The notes under the pieces were generated by a model. The model saw nothing but the letters and a program-made list of their open reading frames with translations. It ran no database searches and was not told the origin of the DNA. From Podarcis filfolensis (Eukaryota), in NCBI GenBank assembly GCA_964270895.1, contig OZ185435.1: 64,000 bases of DNA; one strand, 5' to 3'. Made by a program: the position numbers and the translations under genes. This document shows, piece after piece, positions 48,888-60,440 of the stretch (position 1 is its first letter; each line of letters begins with the position of its first letter).

Positions 48888-49497
48888 CTTGAAAACAGTA
48901 AAGGGAAAGAACTCGAGGTGAACCGTTCATTGGTGGCGAGACCTATGATCTGCTTTTATGTTGTCTTAAGCACAGCACTTGATATTAGTAAGTTCACTCA
49001 ACGCAGCACGTTTCCAGCATATGTACAGTGATTTAGTTGCCTTTTAGCTCATTTCTAGTCCATTAAACCAGGGCCTAGAAAATCGGTTTATCCATTCTAA
49101 AAGTTTGGCTCAAGCAGCCATATGTATTTGCTCACTGTGCTAAATCATGATGCCACCTGCTGTGTTCAGCAACACAGTAAATGCTATTTAAGACTGTAAT
49201 ACTTGCAAGAGCAGTTTCTGCTAGGGCATTATCCACACAGAAACCACTGCTTTCAAATACATGCATTCAAGTATATGGGAAGAAGGACTTTGTGTGTATA
49301 TAACATTTTGAAGCAACCCTCATTTTATGAATATTATGCTTAATAGTTCATTTATAATGCTGTACAATGTAGTTCTGCTTTCTTGGAAAATCAAATTATG
49401 ATCCCCTATGTTCTGTGTGGAATATATAGTATTGAGCTCCTTTGGAAGGAAGAGCAGGACATAATTTAAGAAAATAAAACAAAATAAATAAAATGGA

Positions 49498-49604
49498 TGT
49501 TGTTTAGTTGTATAGTCGTGTCCGACTCTTCGTGACCCCATGGACCAGAGCACGCCAGGCACTCCTGTCTTCCACCGCCTCCCGCAGTTTGGTCAAACTC
49601 ATGC
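49498..49604 (-). mobile_element. BovB (RTE) LINE extreme 3' end
   Basis: MSLTKLREAVEDRSAWRALVHGVTKSRTRL and caa-type tail. Confidence 0.9.
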
Positions 49605-51984
49605 GTACAACTCTGCGGTGAGTTGGGGCAGTTCTTGAAAACTGAGCTGCTCCAAAAAGTGCCATGGAGATTGTAGGAATAGCTCCCGTTGCATGCATGA
49701 ACACATCTCAAGTGTCCCCGGGTTGCTGGAGCTAGTGGTTAATGGCAGGCGTGTATGATAAGGTATCATTGGGGAAAGAATACAGAATGATACCGTGTGA
49801 TTTGGCTCTGTAATGAACGCAGTCTGGCAATTAGAAAATGGAAGCATTGGCTCATTTTTCCTGTTTGGACAAAGGAATATGAGAATTAGTTGTGTCAGAA
49901 AGACTTTAGAATATATTGTCGTACATGTCACCACTGTTTCAGTGCATATTGATGCACTAACAGCAGCAGAAGAGTGGGAAATACCATGACATAATAGTTC
50001 TGTATGCTTTTATCTTATATAAGTAAACCTCGCTGAAGCCTCCCAGTCCATTTCATGGTGGGATTTCCCACCCGCCCTGTGTATTGTTTTGATCCTGCCT
50101 GAAGGTGAGCAACTGGGACCTGGCTATGGAATAATCAGTTGCTGTATTCAGCCCCAGGGAGGAATTTTCCTGCAGACAAATTGGGCCAGTCTGCAGGCCT
50201 CACCTGTTTCATAGCAATCGTCACAGCTTCTTGGTGGATAAGGCGGTATCCTTGGCCTATTGGGTACCCTGCCAAAGGGGTCCAGGAAGGGGTGCCTTTA
50301 TCCGGGAGCCCATCCGGGGGCTGAAGGCCACAGCACCCCTCCAAATTGGCAGTCCTAGTGGGATTGCCCTGATTTGATGAATGCCACAGGGTGACCTTAA
50401 GCCCAGGGTTGATGCAGCCTATTAATCAATCAGCAGTCAGGTCGGTTGATTCCAGATACATACCCAATGCCTTTCCCAAAGCCTACATATGACATATTAT
50501 GACAAGCTGCGACCATTTCAGGTGCGTCCAACTGATGTGTGACCACCGATGTGCAGGGCCTCTTGGACCTGAAAGAGGGAGGAACAGGGGCAGGGTGGAG
50601 TCATAATGGGGCAGGGTGGGCTTATGGGTCTCTGCCAATGCACACTTTGACCCAGAATGCAAACCCCACAGCATTGGGGAGTTGCCTGTATTTTACACCC
50701 CCACCATGTTTCTCACTGCCTTTCTGCAAAAGAAGTTTCCAATCCAGAAATAGCTGGTGGGTTTCTGATTAATCTACATTAATCACCATTTTTGATCCCT
50801 TTCACTAGTTTCTGAGCTCTGCCTGATCTTGGCTAGTATAGCCATGCTGCTAAGGTTGAAATGTAGTGTGCACCTACTAGGGAGTAAGTCCCATTGGATT
50901 CAGTAGGTTTTGCTTCTTAGTTGGCAGGCATAGGAAGGGTCAGTGGGCTGCATCTGTGCAAGGTGTGGTTGCACCTAGCAAATGTAACTGGAAACGCAAA
51001 AAGAAATGGTTTTGAGGAAATATTCTCAGAGGTTTTGTAGGACGTTAGAAAAGAGAACATTATTGTATAAAGAGACATGGGCAGATCAGATTATGTCTGG
51101 TCTGTGTCAGTTTTTGCATATGCTAATTCATTATACCATCCCATCCCATTTCTACATTAATCTGCATATAAACAACAACACATGGACATTCATATTTAAA
51201 TCCATATTTGTGAATGGGTTTTCGCACAAAATATGCCTTTCTAAATTTATTTTATTTCAAAGTACACATTTATAAAGACACTACATCCTAAAATATGCAT
51301 TTTAAACACAAAATGTTCTTGAGCCAAGAACTGCAAAGAAAAAATTAGAGTAGTGTGAAATCCAAAGGATAATTACATTCCAATACACAAACTAGTCAGG
51401 GAGGTGTGAATTGGGTCAGTTTGCACTGGAATCCATAAAATAATGAATTTCTCAAACTTGCTTATGTGTAAATGCAATTATATGTAGATACTTCTGTAAG
51501 CCTGCAACTCAGTCCTAAGCATGGAGGCAAGTGCCACTGGGTACAATGGAACTTACTCTGAAGTCACTCCGCATAGAATTGAGACCTACTTTGTATTCAA
51601 ATGATCTGAACCGCTTCCACCCAAAAGAAAACAGTTCCATGCTGCAAGTTGACATGCTTATATTTATGCAAGTGCATTGGAAGCAAATAAGATCCATACT
51701 TATCCTTACCTACAGAGGCATTAAATAGCTGGTGAGCTCAGGAGGAGAGGGGAAATCAGCATTTCCTGCAGCCTAAAGTGGGATTAGGAGTCCTGTTTCT
51801 TTTGTATTTTTGTCTGTCACTTTGTGACGTCTGGATGGCTGGCAGCACTGGCCCAGATGTTGGTATCAGGGTGGGGGGAATACATTAGAAAGTGGGAAAT
51901 TGCTGAATGACATGCAGCGGAGGGAGAGGAAGAGGAGGAACGAGCTCAGAGGATGGTGAAAGAGAGGAGTAAGGATTTGATACA

Positions 51985-52110
51985 AGCAGGGATAGGGAAC
52001 CTGTGGCCCTCCATATGTTGTTGGACTTCAGCTCCCATCTTCCCTGACCTTTAGCCATCCTGGCTGAGGCTGATGGGAGTTGTGGTCCAACAGCATCTGG
52101 AGAGCCACAC
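51985..52110. mobile_element. Palindromic hAT MITE (URR1-like)
   Basis: gggaacctgtggccctcc...ctcccatc...gatgggagttgt...ggagagccaca; further copies near 24326-24415, 37366-37495, 61625-61760. Confidence 0.7.
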
Positions 52111-52464
52111 ATTCATCATCCTTGGTGGAAGAGAGGAAAGGAAATAGCATGGAAAACAGAGTGAACTAAGGGAGGGAGAAGCAGCCTGGTCACAGGCACT
52201 AGGAAGGGGAAGGAGCTCGATTTCATGCATCCTCCAGATGCCCACCCCACCCCGTCAAACTGGCAGGTAAAAATATAACTCTGAAGTCCTTTACTCCCAC
52301 TTCTCTTAAGTCAAATTCACTTCTGTACCAAAATGCTGTTTCAGCTCCAGACATAATTCTTGGGCTTTTGATGAGAGTGCCATCACTCTTGAGTAACACC
52401 CAGGATATTTCTTTGTATTTCGAACCTATGCATGTGTTATGGGGGGGAACCCACCTGTGGTACT

Positions 52465-52760
52465 CAGCAGTGGAGGAAGCCGCTTGGGCGCCTGGGGTGG
52501 GGCGCACCACAGAGCCTCCGGAGTCTGCCTGCCTCCTCCCATTCAGCTGCCCTACAGCTGGGGGGGGGGAGGCAGTGGGTGGACCGTTTGGGCAGCGCGG
52601 AGCCTTCGCAAGCCCAAGCCACCATGTCTCTCCCAGGAGAAACGCGTGGTTCGGGTGCACTGCAGGCCCCGCAGTGAGTGCCACATGCCATTCTGTCACC
52701 CCCCTCAGTGGTGACTCCCGGGGCGCTCCGCACCCACCACACCCCCTTTCTCTGCCCCTG
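52465..52760 (+). mobile_element. GC-rich hAT MITE, second copy
   Basis: Homologous to 18587-18924; TSD gtggtact / atggtact (7 of 8). Confidence 0.85.
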
Positions 52761-52876
52761 ATGGTACTTCCCTTCTGTGATTCAGATACTTCAAAATACA
52801 ATGTACTATGTGTGCCTATTTCCCCTGTTCAAAAACTGACTATTCAAAAACTCCCTGCCAGTAGAAAAAAATAGTA

Positions 52877-53125
52877 TAGCTGTACCTTGGAAGTCAAACA
52901 GAATCTGTTCCAGAAGTCCGTTCAACTTCCAAAACGTTCAGAAACCAAAGTGTGGCTTCTGATTGGCTGCATGAAGCTCCTGCAGCCAATCGGAAGCCAC
53001 GGAAGCCCCATTGGGTGTTTGGGTTCCAAAGAACATTCGCAGACTGGAACACTCACTTTCAGTTTGCGGCATTCAGGAGCTGAAACATTTGACTTGCAAG
53101 GCGTTCGGGATCCAAGGTATGACTG
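52877..53125. mobile_element. Tc1/mariner MITE
   Basis: ta|tagctgtaccttgga...tccaaggtatgactg; decayed TA TSD. Confidence 0.8.
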
Positions 53126-55618
53126 TGTAGGAAGGGCACAGAAAAAGTTCAGGCCTCACTGTTTTGTTAGTTTTCTACATGCAGGAAAGCTGTGACAATG
53201 CTTTCTAAGAACATGGGTTTTTAAACACACCTTCATACTACTTCTCCACATTTAATTTTTCTGGAACACACATGTATGGGACAATTTCACTGAAATGGTG
53301 ATCTAGGGGAAGGTCACTTCCCCTTGCAACCATGCCTCTGTTGGGGGGCAAAAACTGTGGAGGGCAGACGGGAACCCAGGAAGGGTGGAGAAAACTCAGG
53401 GATTTTCCTAGGTTTGTTTGCAATGGTTGTACCACTCTGTACAATGCCATTCCTCTTTATGGCACTGAGTGGCAAAATTCAGTAGGTACACAAAGAGGCT
53501 TGATCATGTTATGCGCAAAAGCAGTTTTTATGTACGACCTCAGGACACACTTTTCAAATTAGAGGGTGGGCTCACTCCCTAGTCCATATGAATAAAGAAC
53601 AAGTACACTTCCAATCCGGCTGGTCCATCATACCAAGTCCTTTTCAGGCAAAAGGGTGCTTTTGAGTCACAGTGCTGGAAAAGCACCCAAAGCAGCAGAG
53701 GGACATCCTCTCTTGGCAACAAGATCTTTTGGTGGAGGTGGTGCTTTTTAATGCGGAAGAACAGCATTCATACAAGTAGTCTGCCACCTGCATTTTGAAA
53801 TCATAATGTAACACATTTTTTCCTGCATATGTGAAATATGTTTATTATAATACTCATTCTGCACTTGTCAGAACTCGGTCATTTAGTGTGGCAGCACCTA
53901 CACTCTAGAACTCCCAGCCTATTGAGATCAAGAAGGCGCCTTCAATGTATTCTTTTTGGTGCCCAGTGAAAGCATTCTTGTATCTCCAGGCCTACCAAAA
54001 TGCCTAGAAAGTTGAGGCAATTTTAATCTGTTTTACTATTTTAGGGTTTGTATGTTTTAAAATACTGTTGTAAATCTTTATTTTATTGTTTATCTGTTTG
54101 TAAATCTATTTGAGGGTTTTGTTTTTGCACTCAAATGGCATTTAACTTTTATGAAATAAATAAATAAATGTTTCAGTCTGATATAAAGCATGTTTCCTTA
54201 GAAGTTAGTTTCACTGACTTTAGTGGTATTTACTTCTTGAGAAGTCTGCTTAGGATTGTACTCTAGAGTTGGTACACTGTTGATTTAATAAAGATACCCT
54301 AGGACACAAGAGAGAGATATGGAAAGCAGAATGTAAACCATAGTATCACTGCCCGGTCTCATCCACACCATACATTTAAAGCTCACTGCTTCTGTTCAAG
54401 AGTCTTGTGAACTGTAGTTTACCTCTAAACAGAACTACATTTCCCAGAACCTTTAACAAATAACCCAGGATTTTTAAGGGGAAGCCATGTACTTTAAGTG
54501 TGTGTGTCTGTATGTGACCCAGTAGTGTTTTGTGGGTTAAATTTTTGTAAAGCATGTTCCAGTACATATTTGTACACAGCAGTTACACTTTTCATATATT
54601 TCTTTTTTACAAACAGGAATCCTGTGAATTTTAAGAACAGAAGCTGCAGGAATACTTTAATTTGTGGTGATCCTGCTCTTAAGGCAAGAGATATATAATC
54701 TCTGCTTCACTCTAAATATTTGTCATTTGTTTTGCACCAAGTGTCTTGTGATCTTTTGTCTGGTCTCCCTGGTACTAAAACTGTAGAACCCATTTCAATC
54801 ATACATGTTCAGCATGATCAGGCATCCTCAGAAAGGTCAGTGCTTTAATATCCAACTCCCACAATAGGAAATTTTAATTGCATGTGGCAGCCATTTCTTC
54901 CTCCCTCACAAATTCTTTCTCCCTCCCCATACATCTCTCCTTCAATATACAAATACTTTGTTCAAAAAGTGGTTCTAATTTCTTCCTTTTAAAAGTTCAC
55001 CTTGGAGGTTTATATTGATGTATGTTTTATGTTTTCAGCCACAATAAGAATTAGAACAGGTTCAATGCAAGTCCCTAGCAATGCAGTCCTTAGTAAGAAG
55101 AAATTTAAAAAATGATACAGCTCCTCTTTGTAGGAGAAATATACGTGTTATTGCATACTTTCAACCCAGCTGCACAGAATACAAGTGACAAATATTTTGA
55201 TATTGTTGAAGCGATGGCAAGTATTGCAAATGCATTTATCATATCAAATGTGAATATGGGGCTCTAGAAATCATGGAATTCAATAGAGGCATTTCTCCTG
55301 TTATAGTATATCTACTCTTCTATTCAGCGTATCAACTCAGTGAAAGCTGTTTGCATAGATACCCTCCATACACTATCTGGAATTTAAAACCATCCAAGGG
55401 CTTCATGCCACAGCAGGTCATCAGACTATTAAAACCTTAATCCTAGTGAAGCCTAACATATAAATTAAAATAACCTATCCCTCTGGTTGACTTTCACTGT
55501 GCTAGCATTGCATGAAACATCAAACCACTTCCAACCAGTAGTTTTATCCGCACAGTAGACTTTACCGACAGATCTTCCTCTGCTTAGCTACTGTCGCAAT
55601 GTCAGGACTAAGCTAAGC

Positions 55619-56832
55619 CAGTGGTTCCCAATTAGCTAATTACTGAGGACTCTCTATTTTTCAAAAGCCAAGCCACGGACCCCCTCCTTTGAAAAATTCG
55701 ATAGTTCTACAGTAGTTGCCTCTGCAAAGCAATTTTTTGAACAAAATGTGGGGTATCCCCTAATAAGCAAAGGATTTTAGGTATACTAAAAAAACAACAA
55801 CCAGACAAGGGCTCAGCAATATCTGGTTTTCAACATCGTTATATATCAGCAGCTAAACATTGCAATATTCCGATATATCACAATGTTTGACATTGGAGAT
55901 CAGGCATGGGGATGAGGGAAGGAGCAGTTGTGGAGATCGGATGGGTGGGGAGAGGAAAGGAAGTGGCGTTACCTCCACCTCATGGTCTGAGTGAGAGGGG
56001 ATGGGGATCAAGCCGCAGTCAGTCAGCGGGGCAGCCAGTGAAGATGCGGTTGCACTGTGGCTGCTGCAGCTTTCCTGCTGACTAAGAAAAGCTGCTCTGC
56101 CTCGGTGCCAGGGGAAGGTAGTGCCCTGGTGCCTTGAAGTGAGGGCAATCAGCTGCCCCGTCCTCTGCCAGGGGAAGGCTGCGCCTTCAATGAGCTGCCC
56201 TGTTTTCCTTCAGTGTGAGGCATAGATGCCAGGTGCAGGGGGCTCCATCCCCCACAACATTCCCCATGAAGAGGCCTCAACTCTCTGCCACAGCACAGCT
56301 GGAGCTGGGTGTGAGGGAGCTGACTGCTCCCTCATACATGCAACCCACTGCTGCTGCCACCACTGCTTCCCCTCCCCTCTGCCCCCGGGTCAGACCTGAC
56401 CTGAGAGAGGAGCTGCCGCCCGGAGCCAGGCTCCAATGAGGGAGCCTGGGCGGGGGGAGACACCAGGTCGCGCCCTCTCGCAAAAATGCACCCAGGTGTG
56501 GGATGTCAGCACACATCGTGGGCATGCTGATGTCAGACACATGCAATCTTCTTGTGATATTGGCAGTGTCTGGAAATGGGCTGCCCTGCTTTCCCTTGTG
56601 CAAGGAGCAAAATCATTATCAAAATCATTATCACAGTGTGGTTTCAAAACTGATTTTGGCCAATATATTGAAAAATTGCACAGTGTTAAAACAGATAATA
56701 AAATCTGTGATATTACCATGCAAAAATGACCAAAAAATAGTTGGGGGTGGGGGCAAGAGATGGGGCCACGTACCCCCTGGGTGTGTTCCGTGGACCCCCA
56801 GGGGTCCCCACACCCCTAATTGGGAACCATTG
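55619..56832. mobile_element. Composite hAT element (outer Charlie-like shell, inner insert ~55807-56700)
   Basis: cagtggttcccaatt / aattgggaaccattg TIRs; TSD agctaagc / cactaagc (6 of 8). Confidence 0.7.
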
Positions 56833-57499
56833 CACTAAGCAATTCACCTCCATCTATGGTGATATCATTGGCTTTGGGTGGGGGGAGACGAGACATGGAT
56901 TAGCATTGTTCATTGTATACACTGTGCAACAGTCCAGTGAAAAGAGAATAAACAGCTGACTAAGAATGAGTTTCAGGAAAACTGGCTTTAATATTATTGC
57001 TGTGTAATTTTGTTATTTGATGAGACTTTGATTTTGAAAATATTCATTTGAAGCCCAACAAATGTTTTGCAAAGCAGGATCTTTGCAGCATTTGACATTT
57101 GTTTGACTTCAAGCCACTAGATCAAACTTTTCTGGAGTAGCAACTTATTTTCTGGGGTAAAATGCTCACCATGTTATTGGATTAATATTACTGTTCCAAA
57201 TAAATCACGTTGGATTAAAAGCACTGCCCTCTTTGCCTTGCTACTTTATAGATCCCTGAGGTAAAAAAGAAGTTTTGATTTCTGATTAACTTTCATTATA
57301 ATCTGAACATCAGCAAGTATTGAAGAATTTGAAGAGAGAGAGGAGAGGGAGCTCAGTTAGATGAACTACATAATGAGCAAGAAGTTTTTCAAGACATTGT
57401 GTTGTTGGACAAAGTGTTAGATGATCAGTTTATAAGCTTTTGTGTAACACACCTCTCAGGTGTTCAGATTGGCAGAGGGGTTCTATTGGTTGTTTCACC

Positions 57500-57775
57500 G
57501 CCCTCAGTAGCTCGGGGTGGTGGTATCCCAGGAGAGGCAACAGCTATGGTGGAACTCCCTTCACACAGAAGTGTGGGTGGCATCTTCATTATACAGCTTC
57601 TGGCAATGCTGAAGACACCTCTTTACCCTGGCTTTTGACACTTTAAATATATATTTTAGGACTCACCTTATTTATGTGGTTATAAATGGTTTAAAACTGT
57701 TTTTAGCATCATCTTTTAATTGTTTTAACCAGCCCTGGGACCTTAGGGCAAACTTTGGGTTAACAACAACAACAG
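57500..57775 (+). mobile_element. Old L2 3' end
   Basis: ctatggtggaactccct...gctgaagacacctctttaccctggc and (caa)n tail; similar relic near 53880-54170. Confidence 0.55.
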
Positions 57776-58113
57776 ATTCATGGGCTAGTTACCTTGGACT
57801 GGAATCCCTGTTTCCACACTGGCCTTCCCTTTTAGCTTGAATGAAGCAGCCCAGGACTCTTCTTTGCATAAGACAGTTTCACAAGAAATTTCCCTTTTAT
57901 TTACGCTTTCTTCAGCCTTGCAAACTGGCAACCCCCAAAGCCTTAATCACATGATGTTCCTGTTGGTCAGCTGACCATTAACTCAGCTGGCTTCACAATC
58001 AAAATTGTACCATGTACCTACTTCAGAAGATTCTTTGAAGTATAAGGACCACTACTCTTTTCTTTCCATTTACCATTTACTAAGATCTGTATCCAGCGCC
58101 ATCCATACCTTGT

Positions 58114-58353
58114 GAGCCAGTGTGGTGTAGTGCTTAAGCACGGTAGACTTGTAATCTGGTGAACCGGGTTTGCGTCTCCGCTCCTCCACATGCAGCTGCT
58201 GGGTGACCTTGGGCCAGTCACACTTCTCTGTAGTCTCTCAGCCCCACTCACCTCACAGAGTGTTTGTTGTGGAGGAGGAAGGGAAAGGAGAATGTTAGCT
58301 GCTTTGAGACTTCTTCAGGTAGTGATAAAGCGGGATATCAAATCCAAACTCTT
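58114..58353 (+). mobile_element. Squam3-type tRNA SINE with L2-like tail
   Basis: gagccagtgtggtgtagtgcttaag...ctgggtgaccttgggccagtcac...gcgggatatcaaatccaaactc. Confidence 0.85.
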
Positions 58354-60078
58354 TTTGCCATCCTTTGGGTTCTTTTTTTTTCTGGATCACCCTCCTCGTT
58401 ACAATTATAACATTTTTCATATCTTTTATCTTCCATTTTCTGCATTTGTCCAGACCGCTGTGGGACCCATTCTGTTCCCTAATTTCAGTTGCTATTGTTG
58501 GTTGATTCCCTAGTTCATGCAGTTCCTGATTCTTTTTAATTGTCTATATATTACATATTCATTATTTCCAGAAATCTTGTTACAGAGAGTGCAGAGCAAA
58601 AACAGCTTTCTGGCCATTTAAATTGTTCTCTATTTCACTGATGACATTTATTGGTTTTCCAAACAGAGCTAGGTTATCTAAAGCTAAAATACACTCCATA
58701 TCACTTTGTATTTACATAGCAGGCCCAGGTCACTGTTGCTATTTTTTCTACAATAATTAGCAATGCTGAGCTCCATTTATTGGAGAAATTGTGGGTTGCT
58801 ATAGTGACATTTTAGCAGTGATAAAACAGTAGGTGGGCCCTAAAGCCTCAAAGCCAATTCTCACTAAGGTACTTTTATGATGTTGTTGCATATTGAGAAC
58901 AACAAAGTTTGAGAGGGCTTTCTAATTCAATGGGATGCCATTTAAAAAGTTTATTAAATAACCAAACCAACCTTTAATAGTGATGTGTTCTAAATAGGTA
59001 ATTGCTTTATGTAGATTCTTTGTAGCACAGCATATTTGTCACTATCTGTTGTTTAGTCTGATGCAGTTTTAATAAACATTGTCCAGTGTAGGTAGTACAC
59101 ACAGCTTGGAATAAGCAGGTTCCCTCTATTCTCAGTTCATCTCTCCTGTGTTCCACCTGCTTTGTGAGAAGTGCAACTCTCTGGCCTGCACATGGAAATT
59201 TATTTTGTACTTCTGTTCTGCCAAGGGGCAGAGGTTCGTTTTGGATTTGGACAAGGCAACAAAGCACACTGGGTCTGTTCTTTAACAAATATTACCAAGT
59301 GGTACTAAAGAACAAAGCAAAGCTTGCATCCTTTCCTTGGGCTGCCGGGAACCCCCTGAATGGCAGTGGACATGACTCCTAACAGCTGGTGTTCAGCACC
59401 TTGCTGGCTGTAGGTCTGCACTGGAGTTCAGATAACAGATGTGTTCTTGGGACTTATATTACATAATCACCTTTGGTATTTGGGTTGTACATCAGCAGCC
59501 TTGACAGTGTTTATATATTCTTACAAGACTGGAGAAGTGCTTCATGCATGGCAAGCGGCCAACCTAGATAACTCTGAGACGAGCAGATACTTCTACCAGA
59601 TGCCACTATGGGACTGTGCTAAGGCTAATCTAGAGATTAGAATTCCCACATGGTACCATTTCAGGGTATAATATATTTCACAGAAGACCAAGGAAGAAGC
59701 GGGATTAACTTCTTAAAGGCTGCAGTAGCCACAGGATCTCTGGGCATTCAAGCGGTATTGCTATATAACACCTGAGACGCCTCAGAATCTGCAATCTGCC
59801 AATACATTTCCCTAGTACCGTACCTGATGCATTCCCTGCCATGTTGGACAGGTGAGGTTGGTTGGGAGACAGTCAGCTCCTTAGGCCCAGGAGAAGGTTT
59901 GTGTGAGTATCCTGGCTCAGGCTCTGTGGGCCCTGGTGCTGTGGGGTCTGGTCCAGAAGACCCTCACCAACCAGCAGTGGATTTAATGATCCTCTGGTCA
60001 TCAGCCTGGCTCTTCAGTTAATGACTCTAAAGCCTCTAACTCTGCGTCTTTATCCCGACTTGAGGGTCATCACACAAA

Positions 60079-60440
60079 GAGTCTTGTAGCACCTTAATAC
60101 CTATCAAATTTGTTGCAGCATAAGTTTTTGTGGGCTACAGTTCATTGAATCAGGTGCACAGAATGTCATCCTGAACTAGCAGATACCCGGTTACAAGGAT
60201 TCAGAGAAAGAAAATAGCATTGTCCATAGGATAGAGGAAAATTAAATGCAACATCAAAGCTTAGATGTATGTAGAATGATTACAGTGACCATTCATAAAA
60301 TGGTGCCGATAAGCATCCTGACACTGGTTAATTCATTATCATCAATTGTGGGATTAAAAAAACCCCACAATCTCTATCCAAACTACAGGTGAGAGAATTT
60401 AAATTATTGATTAGTATCAATTAGGCAGTTAGTTTACTTT
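60079..60440 (-). mobile_element. Penelope-like element relic
   Basis: gagtcttgtagcacctta...gcagcataag...gtgggctacag terminal block; minus-strand LINNLNSLTCSLDRDCGVF resembling the PLE C-terminal GLNRD.GF motif. Confidence 0.6.

Noticed and set aside
57335-57460. Protein-like frame AQLDELHNEQEVFQDIVLLDKVLDDQF, faintly like a beta-1,3-glycosyltransferase motif
   Set aside because: Upstream in-frame stop, no usable acceptor, runs into an L2 relic; similarity too short to trust without a search
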